Source of the DNA: an uncultured Gemmatimonadales bacterium
Lineage (GTDB): Bacteria; Gemmatimonadota; Gemmatimonadetes; Longimicrobiales; Gaopeijiaceae
Direction: 5' to 3'
NCBI GenBank assembly: GCA_963809895.1
Contig: CAWELD010000003.1
Span: forward strand, 2,400,001-2,464,000
DNA: 64,000 bases
Shown here: positions 20,296 through 30,346 of the stretch, piece by piece
Layout: each line of letters begins with the position of its first letter
Position numbering within the stretch: the first letter of the stretch is position 1
Translations under genes and position numbers: made by a program
The notes under the pieces: generated by a model
What the model was told of the DNA's origin: nothing
The model's input: the letters and a program-made list of their open reading frames with translations, nothing else
The model's database searches: none

Positions 20296-21835
20296 TCAGG
20301 AGGTCGCCCGACGCTCGGCGTGGATCTCCCTGCCCAGACGGGCCACGATGCCCGGAATCGCCTCCACATCGGCACGCGTGGTGTTGAAGTTGACGATGCA
20401 GGCGCGCAGGCAGTAGCGGCCTCCGATGACGGCGTTGGACACGAAGGCCTCGCCACCCCGCTCGAGCCGGTCCTGGACGGCCTGATTGAGCTCGTTCAGA
20501 TACTCCTCGACAGCGTCGGTTCCCAGGCCCTCCCACAGATCCCCGGGTACATAGCGGAAGACGGAGATGCTGAGGCCTTCGGTCACGGCTTCGATCTCCG
20601 GATGCGCGCTCGCACAGCGCGTGGAGATGCCTCGCCAGCCGGATGTCGTCGCTGATCATGCGCTCGTAGCCCGCGCGACCTGCCTGCCGGAGCGCCATCC
20701 ACACCTTCAGCGCCCGGAATCCCCGGGAGTTCTGCAGGCCGAAATCGACGTAGTTGGTGGCTTCCTCGCCGAAGTAGTAGTACGGGGGATGGTAGGCGAA
20801 GGCGTCGCGCAGGGCGTCGGCGTCCCGCACCAGCGCGCAGCCCGCCTCCAGCGGCGCGTACAGCCACTTGTGCGGGTCCACGGCCACCGAGTCCGCCACG
20901 GCGATCCCGGCGCGGAGCTCCGGCGGCGCTTCCGACGAGGCGGCGCCGAACCCACCGTAGGCGCCGTCCACGTGGAACCAGATCCCTTCGTCCCGACACA
21001 GCGCCGCCAGCTCCTCCAGGGGATCCACCGCGCCGGACATCACCGAGCCGGCGGTGCCCACCACGATCATGGGCGCGAGGCCCGACGCGCGATCCCTGGC
21101 CAGGGCCTCGCGCAACGCGCCCACGTCCATGCGCAGGCCTGAATCGGTGGGGATCCAGCGCACCTGATCGGTGCCCAGCCCGAAGAGGTCCGCGGCTTTC
21201 TGGATCCAGGTGTGGGTCTCGGCGGACACGTAGGCCACGAAGGGAGATCCCCCCGACGCCCGCAGCCCGGTCTCGCGCACGTTCCAGGACCGCCCGGCGT
21301 GGGCGCGGGCGGCGAGGAATCCCACGAAATTGGCCATGTTGCCCCCGCTCACCAGCAGCCCTCCGCAGGTCGTGGGGTAGCCGATGAGCTCGGCCATCCA
21401 GCGCACGGCCTGGCCCTCGATCTCGCTGGCCATGGGCGACAGGGTCCATCCACCGGTGTTGGGGTTCACCGCCGCGGCCAACAGGTCCGCCAGCATGCCG
21501 ATGGGCGTGGGAGACGCGGTGATGTAGCCGAAGAACCGGGGATGCCCGTTGTAGAGCGAGTGCTCCATGAGGAGCTCGGCCGCCTCCTCCACCACCACTT
21601 CGGGATCCGCCCCGACCTCGGGCAGGGTGGCATCGGCGCCCAGCGCCGCCCGGATCTGCTCCGGCGTCTCACCCGACGTCACCGCCCGCTCGGGCAGCTC
21701 CTCCAGGAGCCGGGCGATGCGGTCGACCAGCGCGTGGCCTGCCCGCCGGAAGGTCTCCGGTGCCATGCCCACCGGCACGTGTGGGCCCACCCTCTCGCTC
21801 CGCAGATTCTGCCCATCTCGCCGTTGGTCGCTCAT
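20296..21835 (-). CDS. PLP-dependent group II amino-acid decarboxylase; frameshift near 20608
   Basis: HPRFFGYI, SGGNMAN, HVDGAYG, DPHKWL, SRGFRALKVW; the C-terminal domain (LRACIVNF) continues in the next frame. Confidence 0.88.
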
Positions 21836-22659
21836 CCGGTCTCCTCGGTGCGGGGGGGGTGACGGAGACCTTCGAAGAGGTCCGTCTCTCGACGTCGTCC
21901 GCCGTTCACCAGGCTGAAGACCCGGTAGAACGCCTGCGAGCCCCACAGGGCCCGATGTTGCGATTCGTCCAATTCCCTGAGCGGACCGTACTGGCTCATC
22001 TGGGTCTGGTGGCACTGGACGGCCTGCCACACCACCCGCCAGAACTCGGCGGCGTCCACCCGGGTGGTGATCTCCCATTCCGGCCACGGCACCGCCTGCC
22101 GCTCCACGCCGTCGACGGTGCTGGTCAGCTTCTTGAAGGCCGACTGATAGATGTCCCAGTCCGTGCGGTCCCACGCGATGTAGTAGAACTTGGAGACGGC
22201 GTGCGGACGACCCGCCACCAGGCACCCCGGGTCGGGCGCACGCACCAGGGCCGCGGTCGCGAGCTGCGAGACGGCGATGTGGTCCGGGTGACCGTAGGCA
22301 CCGTCAGGTCCGAAGGTGACCACCACCTGGGGTCGGACCCTGCGGACCACCTCGACGATGCGGGCGAGAGCGTCGGCCGGGTCCACCTCGTCCAGCTTTC
22401 CGTCGGGGTAGCCGAGCACCTCGACGCTGCGAGCGCCGAGCCGGGTGGCGGCCGCTCGCAGCTCGGCCTCCCGGATGCGAGCCAGACCCTCCTTGCCCGG
22501 GTGAGGCCCCTCACCGTGCCGTCCCGCGTCTCCGGCCGTGGCCGTAAGCACGTGCACAGCCACGCCCTCCGCCGAATAGCGCGCGATGGTGCCCCCCAAT
22601 CCCAACGACTCGTCGTCGGGATGGGCGACAACGGCGAGCAGGGTCAGTTCTTCCTGCAT
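21832..22659 (-). CDS. PIG-L family deacetylase (MshB/BshB-like)
   Basis: AHPDDE, YGHPDH, HQTQ motifs; ATGA overlap with the decarboxylase. Confidence 0.9.
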   Translation of the reverse strand: MQEELTLLAVVAHPDDESLGLGGTIARYSAEGVAVHVLTATAGDAGRHGEGPHPGKEGLARIREAELRAAATRLGARSVEVLGYPDGKLDEVDPADALARIVEVVRRVRPQVVVTFGPDGAYGHPDHIAVSQLATAALVRAPDPGCLVAGRPHAVSKFYYIAWDRTDWDIYQSAFKKLTSTVDGVERQAVPWPEWEITTRVDAAEFWRVVWQAVQCHQTQMSQYGPLRELDESQHRALWGSQAFYRVFSLVNGGRRRETDLFEGLRHPPRTEETG

Positions 22660-22691
22660 GGGTTTCGGATGTCCTGGGACTGAGTGACGTC

Positions 22692-23789
22692 CTACGAAGG
22701 CATGCGCCGACAGGCTCGTTCGATCTCCACCCGGTACCGCGCCGGGCTGTCCAGAACCCGGTAGAAGGTCTCCAGGTAGTCCAGAGCCCGGCTCCGGCGA
22801 CCCTCGTCCAGCAGCTCGTAGCCCTGCCACAGCTGGGTGATGGCAGGGCGGCGCGAGCGGAAGAGCTCGATGAGGGCCTGCTGATCCACGTCGGGGCGGC
22901 AGAAGCCCCGGTAGATCCGGTCCCGCACGTCGCGGATGGGTAGCGAGGGGTCCGGGGCCGCGTACGGCGCGTCGACCATGCCCGAGAAATCGAAGTCGTA
23001 CGGCACCACCATGTAGCTGCCCTCGACGGTGCGAATCATGACCATGTTGTGGAACAGGGGCGCCGACCAGTCCGTGTTCCCGATCATGTACTGGAAGAGC
23101 GCCACCAGCGAGGCCTGGTTCCCGTCCATGTTGGCAGGGTGGAACTGCTCCCACTCCGAGACCACGCCCCGGTTGCGAATCGCCATCTGATCGTCGTCTT
23201 CGATGACGAAGCTGTGCGCGGTGAGGGGATCCTCCTCACCGGAGCTGTCCTCGAAGGTGATGTCCAGCATACGCACCCTGAATCCCACCGGAGTCAGGAG
23301 CAGGAGGGTCCTGTAGATGAGATACTCTTCGTAGACGAGTTGCTGGTAGTTGTCGCGGCCCGCGCGGCAGGGACTCACCAATTTCAGCTTGTCCTGGCCG
23401 TCCAGGACCGTGCCCTCCACGGCCTTCTTGGGCACGTTGAGGCGGATGGGCGGAAAGCTGCAGTTGCGCTTGTCGCGGCGGAAATTGCCGCGCGTGCGCA
23501 CCTTGACCGGGACCTCCGCCGGCCCGCCCCCCGGGTCGCCGAAGCGGAGAACGCCCTCGAGCTGCGCGCTGTCCGGGCGCTCGTCCACCAGCGTCTTCAT
23601 GTCCGCCACCAGCGTGATTCGAAGCGGGGCGTCGCTGGCGAAGAGGGGCGCAGCCTGAGCAGCCGCGGCCAGCGAGTCCAGCTCGGCCGACGGGGGAAAC
23701 TCCTGTCCGAAGGCGACGGCTGGGCGCAGCGCGGCAAGCAGCAGCGCCTCGACGGCGAAGGCGAAGAGGTTCCGGAATCCGACGCGCAT
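22692..23789 (-). CDS. Secreted hypothetical protein with a CotH-like atypical kinase fold
   Basis: Signal peptide, RTRGNFR, KLKLV, FQYMIGNTDWS..HN, VPYDFDFSG. Confidence 0.6.
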   Translation of the reverse strand: MRVGFRNLFAFAVEALLLAALRPAVAFGQEFPPSAELDSLAAAAQAAPLFASDAPLRITLVADMKTLVDERPDSAQLEGVLRFGDPGGGPAEVPVKVRTRGNFRRDKRNCSFPPIRLNVPKKAVEGTVLDGQDKLKLVSPCRAGRDNYQQLVYEEYLIYRTLLLLTPVGFRVRMLDITFEDSSGEEDPLTAHSFVIEDDDQMAIRNRGVVSEWEQFHPANMDGNQASLVALFQYMIGNTDWSAPLFHNMVMIRTVEGSYMVVPYDFDFSGMVDAPYAAPDPSLPIRDVRDRIYRGFCRPDVDQQALIELFRSRRPAITQLWQGYELLDEGRRSRALDYLETFYRVLDSPARYRVEIERACRRMPS

Positions 23790-23822
23790 GACGGGGCCTC
23801 CCGTGCGAGGTGGACCCCGGGG

Positions 23823-24410
23823 TCAGCCTCCCCGGGGTGGAACGATCATGATGTGCGCACCCGCCGTGCCCGGAAACATGAGCCAGGGAGCACCCGAGGT
23901 GGCCTGGATCGACAGGCCCGTGGACTCGGGCGTCGCGTTGGGCGTGTAGATGACCCAGCGCGTGAAGGGATCCTGGATCTCGTGGGTGGCCGGGTCGAAG
24001 CCGCTCCCGGTCATGATGTAGTTCACGGTCCCGTAGGGGATGGGCAGCGTGCCCGCCTCGAATTCCTTCCAGCGCGTGCTGATGCGCTCCTGCCCCTCGA
24101 TCCCCTGGGCGCTGAGCTCGCGCCCCCTGGCGAAGAACGGCTCCAGGCTGGCCGCGTGGCACGATACCTCGAAGCGCTCCGCCGCCGGATTGGGGGCCAT
24201 GCAGATCATGTCGCCGGTGCCCTCGCGCAGGACGACGAAGTTCCCGGACGCGTCGTAGCCCTGGACCGTGGCGTCGTCACGGTGATCCGGGGGTGCGGCC
24301 TGGATCGCGAGCGCGATCTGGACCTCGGCGGGAATCGGCTCGGCCTGCTGGGCAGCCACGGCCACGGGACACGCCAGGAGAAGGGCCAGGGTCGGGAGGA
24401 TGCACTTCAT
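23823..24410 (-). CDS. Secreted hypothetical protein
   Basis: Signal peptide, A..AAP....ATV, LREGT..MIC, PWLMFPGT..AHIM. Confidence 0.7.
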   Translation of the reverse strand: MKCILPTLALLLACPVAVAAQQAEPIPAEVQIALAIQAAPPDHRDDATVQGYDASGNFVVLREGTGDMICMAPNPAAERFEVSCHAASLEPFFARGRELSAQGIEGQERISTRWKEFEAGTLPIPYGTVNYIMTGSGFDPATHEIQDPFTRWVIYTPNATPESTGLSIQATSGAPWLMFPGTAGAHIMIVPPRGG

Positions 24411-24433
24411 GGAGCCTCGAGTCGGATGGGGTT

Positions 24434-25630
24434 TCACTGTGCGCCCTGCGGGTCGGGGCGCTCCGATGCCGGTCGTACGGTGAAACGCGTGGACATGCCG
24501 AGCACGAAATGGCCGGCTACGTGACAGTGGAAGAGCCAGGTGCCCGGATTGTCCGGGGCCATGTCGGCCGTGAGCATCATCATGGGATCGACGCTCACGA
24601 TGTCCATGCGCATGTGGTTCACCAACGCCGTCTGGCCGTGCCAGTGGGGCGTGTGGAAGTCGAAGTCATTCGTCCCCGACATGACGTACCAGCGAACGGT
24701 CTCTCCCTGGTACATCGTCAGCATGGGTCCGTTCCCGTACATGTACCCATTGATGTTCGGGGTGATGTTCGTGGTCCCGTACCCTGGCTGAGCCTTGACC
24801 TCCTCCACTGTCATGTCGGGAATGTACGCGGCGATGTTCTCGTCCAGGAGCCAGCTCGAGCCCTCTTCGAGGTCCTCGAAGCTCACGACGAACTCCCGGT
24901 CCACGTCACGGGGGCTGCCGTCTTCTCTCGCCATGCCGCGCGCGGTGACGACGATCGGGCCCATGAGCCCGGTGTTGATGTCCTGATGCTCGTGAACGTG
25001 CGAATGGTACATCCACATCACCGAGCTGGGATCACCGGGACCGGGGCCCGCCCGCTCGGGTACGGGCCACGTATAGACCCAGGTGGCGCCAGGCGCCACC
25101 CCGTCGTCCATCTTGTCGTCACCCCACGTACCGTCCTGATAGGGCGTGCCCTCCGACGCCTTGTCGTAGAAGACCCCGTGGGGATGCATGCTGTACGGGC
25201 GATCGGCGTGGTTCCGGAACACGACGCGAATGGTGTCCCCCACCTGGGCGCGGAGCAGCGGCCCCAGGAAGCCCAGATGCTCCCAATCGGGACTCCGCGG
25301 CTTCAGCTCGGAGAAGGTGGAGTCCGTGTATTCTCGGTAGAGAACCTTGTGGTACACGTGACCGATGCCCCGCACGGGTGCGCCTTCGTCGGTGCGGACG
25401 TTGACGTAGAGAGGCAGGCCATCCGCGACGCGGTCGCCCGCATTGGCGAACTCCTCTTCGCTGATCTCGTCGCGGCCCTGAGGCGTGTAGTCCCAGGCTA
25501 CCGGGTCCGCGGCCACGTAATAGGTGCGGGTCCTCGCACCCATGGAATCGGTGGGCGCGACGGCACATCCGTATGCCGCCACAAGGACGATGCCGGGCCA
25601 GCACCGCCGGACGGGGTCGGTACCGTACAT
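24434..25630 (-). CDS. Two-domain multicopper oxidase, ceruloplasmin-like
   Basis: SMHPHG and YHSH in domain 1; HTPHWHG and HCHVAGH...GM in domain 2; GAGGAG RBS. Confidence 0.88.
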   Translation of the reverse strand: MYGTDPVRRCWPGIVLVAAYGCAVAPTDSMGARTRTYYVAADPVAWDYTPQGRDEISEEEFANAGDRVADGLPLYVNVRTDEGAPVRGIGHVYHKVLYREYTDSTFSELKPRSPDWEHLGFLGPLLRAQVGDTIRVVFRNHADRPYSMHPHGVFYDKASEGTPYQDGTWGDDKMDDGVAPGATWVYTWPVPERAGPGPGDPSSVMWMYHSHVHEHQDINTGLMGPIVVTARGMAREDGSPRDVDREFVVSFEDLEEGSSWLLDENIAAYIPDMTVEEVKAQPGYGTTNITPNINGYMYGNGPMLTMYQGETVRWYVMSGTNDFDFHTPHWHGQTALVNHMRMDIVSVDPMMMLTADMAPDNPGTWLFHCHVAGHFVLGMSTRFTVRPASERPDPQGAQ

Positions 25631-25830
25631 GCGGATCTCCTCGGGGGGGAAGGAGGCGCGGCCAGTCGCTTCGCTCGGCCGCTGGGTCCGTTTCACGGGG
25701 CCGAGCCAACTCCCGCTTCGACGCACGAGAGCGCAATGCCTTCGGGCGACTTTCGGCCGTCGAAGGACCATTGCGCCGCGCGCGGTCGTCGTGTACCGAT
25801 TGCTTCCCGACAACCCCGCAGGAGGGTGCT

Positions 25831-26862
25831 ATGGGCACGACGTGGCGAAGGGCGAAGATCGGTGCGACGGGACTGCTGGCCGGGACAGCACTGCTCCAGG
25901 CCCCGACGGCAGCGCAGGCGCCGGAGGGTCTCCGCGGCACGGTGGTGGTGGTCAACAAGCAGGAAGCCACGGCGAGCTTCATCGACCTGGCCAGCGGCCG
26001 GGTCGTGGCCACCGCTCCCACCGGAGACGGACCCCACGAGCTGATCGTATCGAGCGACGGCCGCATCGCGGTGGTGTCGGACTACGGCGGCCGCACCGGC
26101 GGCCACACCCTGACGGTCCTCGACGTCCACGCCGCGAGGGTGGCGCGCACCATCGATCTGGGCTCCTATCGGCGCCCGCACGGACTCGTCTTCCTGCCGG
26201 GCGACTCGCTGGTGGCGGTCACCTCGGAGACCAACCGTGCGGTTCTGGTGGTCCGCGTGGCCGAGGGCGAGATCGTCCAGGAGATCCCCACCGAGGCCGG
26301 AGGCTCCCACATGGTGGCGGTCACCAGCGACGGACGCCGCCTGTTCACGGGCAACATCGCCGACGGAACGGTCTCCGAGCTCAGCCGGGCCCGCGGCGCC
26401 CGCATCGCGACCTTCGAGACGGCCCCGGAGCCGGAGGCCATCAACGTCACGCCCGACGGCGACCGGGTGTTCGCCGGGAGCAACGCCGAGGGCACCGTGA
26501 GCGAGATCCGCACGGACGACGGCCGACGGCGCGAGATCGCCGGCGGCTTCGGCTGGCCGTACCGGATCTTCCTCACTCCCGGGGTGGAGCAGATCATCGT
26601 CCCCGACCTCGGCGGCGAGAGCCTGCGCTTCTTCGACGGGGACAGCTACCAGGAACTGGGCCGCGTGGATTTCGCCGGGGCCTCTCCCCAGGGCCTCGCC
26701 CTGCATCCCGACGGCCGCCATCTCTTCCTGTCGCTCTCGGGACAGGACCGGATCGCCGTGGTGGATATCCTGGAGCGAACGGTGGTGGGGTACCTGCCCG
26801 CGGGCGATGGGCCCGACGGCATCGGATACTCGGTACTGTCGTCGGCATCCACGGGCGGGTGA
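25831..26862 (+). CDS. YVTN/YncE-type beta-propeller protein, secreted
   Basis: Signal peptide, repeated PHE/PHG/PEA..PDG blades; GGAGG RBS. Confidence 0.85.
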   Translation: MGTTWRRAKIGATGLLAGTALLQAPTAAQAPEGLRGTVVVVNKQEATASFIDLASGRVVATAPTGDGPHELIVSSDGRIAVVSDYGGRTGGHTLTVLDVHAARVARTIDLGSYRRPHGLVFLPGDSLVAVTSETNRAVLVVRVAEGEIVQEIPTEAGGSHMVAVTSDGRRLFTGNIADGTVSELSRARGARIATFETAPEPEAINVTPDGDRVFAGSNAEGTVSEIRTDDGRRREIAGGFGWPYRIFLTPGVEQIIVPDLGGESLRFFDGDSYQELGRVDFAGASPQGLALHPDGRHLFLSLSGQDRIAVVDILERTVVGYLPAGDGPDGIGYSVLSSASTGG

Positions 26863-26966
26863 GACGTCGGCCGAACTTAACGACGCCGGGTCCCAGGACA
26901 TCCCATCCACGAGGATTCGTACACAACCGCCGGACCCCTCCCTCCGGTCCTGAAGGGAGGCATCCC

Positions 26967-27518
26967 ATGAACAAGACGAGCCGCGCAGCGGCCCTGGCGC
27001 TGGCCTCGTTCGCTGCGGCGTGCGCAGGCGGTACCGCGGCCCCGTCCCAGACACCGGAGCCCTCGCACTCCGCGCCGGCAACGAGCCAGATGGCCACGGC
27101 GACGCAGGGACCAGCGGCGGACGACCTCGAGCAGGGAGCCGCCCTCTTCCGGGACATCTGCGCCCAGTGCCACACGACGGATCCACCGCCCAGGCTCGCG
27201 CCGCCCATGCGCATGGTCTCGATGCACCTGCGTGCTACCTACGCCACGCGCGCGGAGGCGGTGGAGCACGTGGTTTCCTACGTGCGGCAGCCCGACGCGG
27301 CACGGTCCATCCTGCCGGCGCATGCGGTGCAGCGCTTCGGGTTGATGCCGGCGCAACCCCTCCCGCCCGAGCTGCTCGCCAAGGTCGGCGCCTACGTCTG
27401 GACGCTGGCCGGGGACACGCCGGGTATGAGGCGTGGGCGAGGCCGCGTGGGAATGCGGGGCCCGAGGGGCGGCATGCGATCCAGCAGGACGCGGGTCCCC
27501 GCGTCTCCGGGCTCGTAG
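26967..27518 (+). CDS. Monoheme cytochrome c lipoprotein
   Basis: Lipobox-like AAAC, CAQCH heme motif, distal FGLMP; GGAGG RBS. Confidence 0.8.
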   Translation: MNKTSRAAALALASFAAACAGGTAAPSQTPEPSHSAPATSQMATATQGPAADDLEQGAALFRDICAQCHTTDPPPRLAPPMRMVSMHLRATYATRAEAVEHVVSYVRQPDAARSILPAHAVQRFGLMPAQPLPPELLAKVGAYVWTLAGDTPGMRRGRGRVGMRGPRGGMRSSRTRVPASPGS

Positions 27519-27637
27519 TATTGTAGATTGATGCATGCGGCGTTTTAACGATCCACAAGGCCGGGTCGTCTGACGATCAAGAATCCGATGGACGCCCTCC
27601 CCCATCGCGCCCGACACGTTGTAAAGGAGAGTCTCCC

Positions 27638-28426
27638 ATGAACCGCCTACGCGCACCAACCCTGGCCCTGGGCGCGCTGCTCGCCGTGGCCGCGTGTGAC
27701 AACGGGGGCACCGTGACCGCCCCCGAAAACTTCACCGAGCAGCTCGACGCCGCCGTGGCCGTGGTCGCGGCCGACGCCGCCCTCGAAGACCTCACCGCCA
27801 TGAACGACATGATGCCCGTGGGGGCGTTCGCGGCCCCGGGAATGCGCGGTGGTCCGGCAGGCATGGGCATGGGCGTCCGGGACAACCTGGTCCGTGAGCG
27901 CTCGGTGGCCTTCTTCGATGCCCAGGACAACGAGCAGGACGACTACGACGCCCTCCTCACCGCCTCCATCCACTACACCATGTCCATGGAAGGCGCGATC
28001 TCCCGCGACGGCTTCGAAGCCAGCCTCTCGCGCAGCCGCGACATGTGGGTGACAGGGCTCGCCGGCACGGAGACCACCCGCACCTTCAACGGCACCGGCA
28101 CGGAGTCCCACAGCTCCACGCGCGTGATCGACGACCTGGGCACGCGGACCTTCTCCATGGAGGGCACCGCCACCATCAGCGACGTCGTGCGGGCCGTGGA
28201 CCGGAACGCTCAACCCTGGCCGCTGTCGGGAACCATCACCCGGCACCTGGTCGTGACGATTGGCAACGGCCCCAACGGTGACGAAACCCGCGACCGAACG
28301 GTGACCATCACCTTCGACGGCACCCAGTACGCGCGCCTCGTGGTGGACGGCGAGGAGTACGAGGTCGACCTGGCGGCGCAGCCCAACGACCGACCCGTTC
28401 GACATCGTGGGGGCGCCACCGGCTGA
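27638..28426 (+). CDS. Hypothetical lipoprotein (beta-rich)
   Basis: VAAC lipobox, WPLSGTI C-terminal motif; AGGAG RBS. Confidence 0.75.
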   Translation: MNRLRAPTLALGALLAVAACDNGGTVTAPENFTEQLDAAVAVVAADAALEDLTAMNDMMPVGAFAAPGMRGGPAGMGMGVRDNLVRERSVAFFDAQDNEQDDYDALLTASIHYTMSMEGAISRDGFEASLSRSRDMWVTGLAGTETTRTFNGTGTESHSSTRVIDDLGTRTFSMEGTATISDVVRAVDRNAQPWPLSGTITRHLVVTIGNGPNGDETRDRTVTITFDGTQYARLVVDGEEYEVDLAAQPNDRPVRHRGGATG

Positions 28427-28583
28427 GACCGACTCGCCGGGAACGGATCTTACGATCGCCCGGTTCGCGTCTGGACGAGGGGCCGGTCCGGAGATCTCCG
28501 GGCCGGCCCCTCGCACGTCCTGGCACCGGCCTTGCTTCGCACTTCGGGACGGATGCGATGTGAGCCCCGAGGCCGGAGGACCC

Positions 28584-29239
28584 ATGAGCGACGTGGCGCG
28601 AGGCACCCTGCTTCTCGTGTTGACGCTGACCGCATGCGGCGGCGGCCAGGGCGATCACTCCGCGTCCGGGAACCCCAGCGGACGATACGATTCGCCAGGA
28701 GCTCGTGGCGCGCCTGGCCCAGTTGCGGAGTGGACTGGACAGTCTTCATCTCGACTCCCTGGACCTTCGAGGCCGATAGCCTCGACGGAGTACTGACCAG
28801 CCTGGACACCCTGTCCGTGGCCGAGCGCAAGCGGACCACGGACCGAGTCTCCGCGGAGCTCGATTCCCTCGAGCGCGTCGTCGCCACGGCGCGCTTCGGC
28901 GAACTGACCGACCCCGATCGCTTCGAGCAGGCAGCGGCATCGGCCCTCGATGGAGTGGCGACGCTGCTCCGCCACATCGACGCTCGTGTCCGGAATCCCG
29001 ACCTCACGTTTCCGGAAGGGTCCCGGGAGGTATGGGCCGAGCTGACGGGCGAGCTCGCGGAGCTCCACGCCGAGAGCGAGATCGCCGTCATCATGGCGCC
29101 CGGACGCTCCCTGGCCGCGTCCGACTCGGCGCGGCTGGCGTTCGCGCACGGGCTGGTCGCGCTCGACCAGGCACTCCACGCCCTGGCCCACGATGTCGGA
29201 GTTCCTCCGGATTCCATCCGTCCGGAGACCACGCCTTGA
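28584..29239 (+). CDS. Hypothetical lipoprotein, apparently split by a frameshift near 28725
   Basis: GGAGGA RBS plus LTAC lipobox in one frame; the helical body (DWTVFISTPW...) is in another frame without its own start. Confidence 0.5.
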
Positions 29240-30285
29240 CGGCTCTCCGCACGGGCGGAAGCGCCCTCCGAATGCTCGAGGCGACCCTCGTGGTCGGGGC
29301 GCTGGCGTATCTGGGGCGGCCCGTGCTGATTCCGGTCAGCATCGCGGCGGTGCTCGCGCTCCTGTTGGTGCCTCCCATGAAATGGCTCGAGCGCATGAGG
29401 CTGCCCAGGACGCTGGCCGCCTTCCTGGTGGTGGCCGGACTTCTCGGTGCGGTCGGCGTCACGGTCTGGCAGGTCTCCGGCCCGGCCATGCGCTGGGTGG
29501 ACCGGGCGCCCTCCGCCCTGGCGCAGGCCCGGGACCGGCTGCGCGAGCTCCAACAACCCATGGCTCAAATGGCGCAGGCCGCCGACCAGGTGGAGAAGCT
29601 CACCAGGCCCGGGGAGGAAGACGCGACCCGGACCGTGGAGGTGGCGGGCTCGCCGACGCTGTCGTCGCGCCTCCTCGGCGGCACCTGGAGCACTCTCACC
29701 TCGGGGGTCATCGTCACGGTCCTCACCTTTTTCCTGCTGGCGATGCGACCGGTCCTGTTCCGCAAGCTGGTACGCATGTTCGCCACCACGGAACAACGGC
29801 GCCGGGCCACGCGGGCGGCCCGGGGTGTGCGGCGACGTCTGAGCCGGCACTTCGGCACCGTCGCGGTGATCAACACGGTGTTGGGAGCCGCCGTCGGCGC
29901 TGCCTGCTGGGTGCTGGGCATGCCCAGCCCGGCGCTCTGGGGCGTCATGGCCGGAATCCTGAATTTCGTGCCCTACCTCGGCGCCATCACCGGCGTGTCC
30001 ATCGTGGCCCTGGCTGGACTCACCACCCTGGAGGGGGCCACTGGCTTCTTGCCGGCGCTGGCCTACGCCATGCTCACGGGAATCGAAGGCACGTTGGTGA
30101 CGCCGGCCATCCTCGGCCGCCGTCTCAGGCTCAACCCGCTGGCCATCGTCGTGGGAGTCCTGGTCCTCGGCCTCCTCTGGGGCCCCGCGGGGGTCCTTCT
30201 GGCCGTCCCTCTGCTCGTGGCGACCATGGTGGTGGCGGAGCATCACCCGAACGGACGTCGCATCCGCATGCTGCTGGGTCGTTGA
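29236..30285 (+). CDS. AI-2E family transporter
   Basis: LIPV..A..LALLL.P, WGVMAGILNFVPYLG, IEG.LVTP, LWGPAGVLLAVPL; start TTG 29236 or ATG 29272. Confidence 0.88.
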   Translation: MTALRTGGSALRMLEATLVVGALAYLGRPVLIPVSIAAVLALLLVPPMKWLERMRLPRTLAAFLVVAGLLGAVGVTVWQVSGPAMRWVDRAPSALAQARDRLRELQQPMAQMAQAADQVEKLTRPGEEDATRTVEVAGSPTLSSRLLGGTWSTLTSGVIVTVLTFFLLAMRPVLFRKLVRMFATTEQRRRATRAARGVRRRLSRHFGTVAVINTVLGAAVGAACWVLGMPSPALWGVMAGILNFVPYLGAITGVSIVALAGLTTLEGATGFLPALAYAMLTGIEGTLVTPAILGRRLRLNPLAIVVGVLVLGLLWGPAGVLLAVPLLVATMVVAEHHPNGRRIRMLLGR

Positions 30286-30346
30286 TCCGGCGTCCTCACG
30301 AAAAAGGGTCTGTACACGACCGAGACGAGGACGCCAAGTTGATGGG

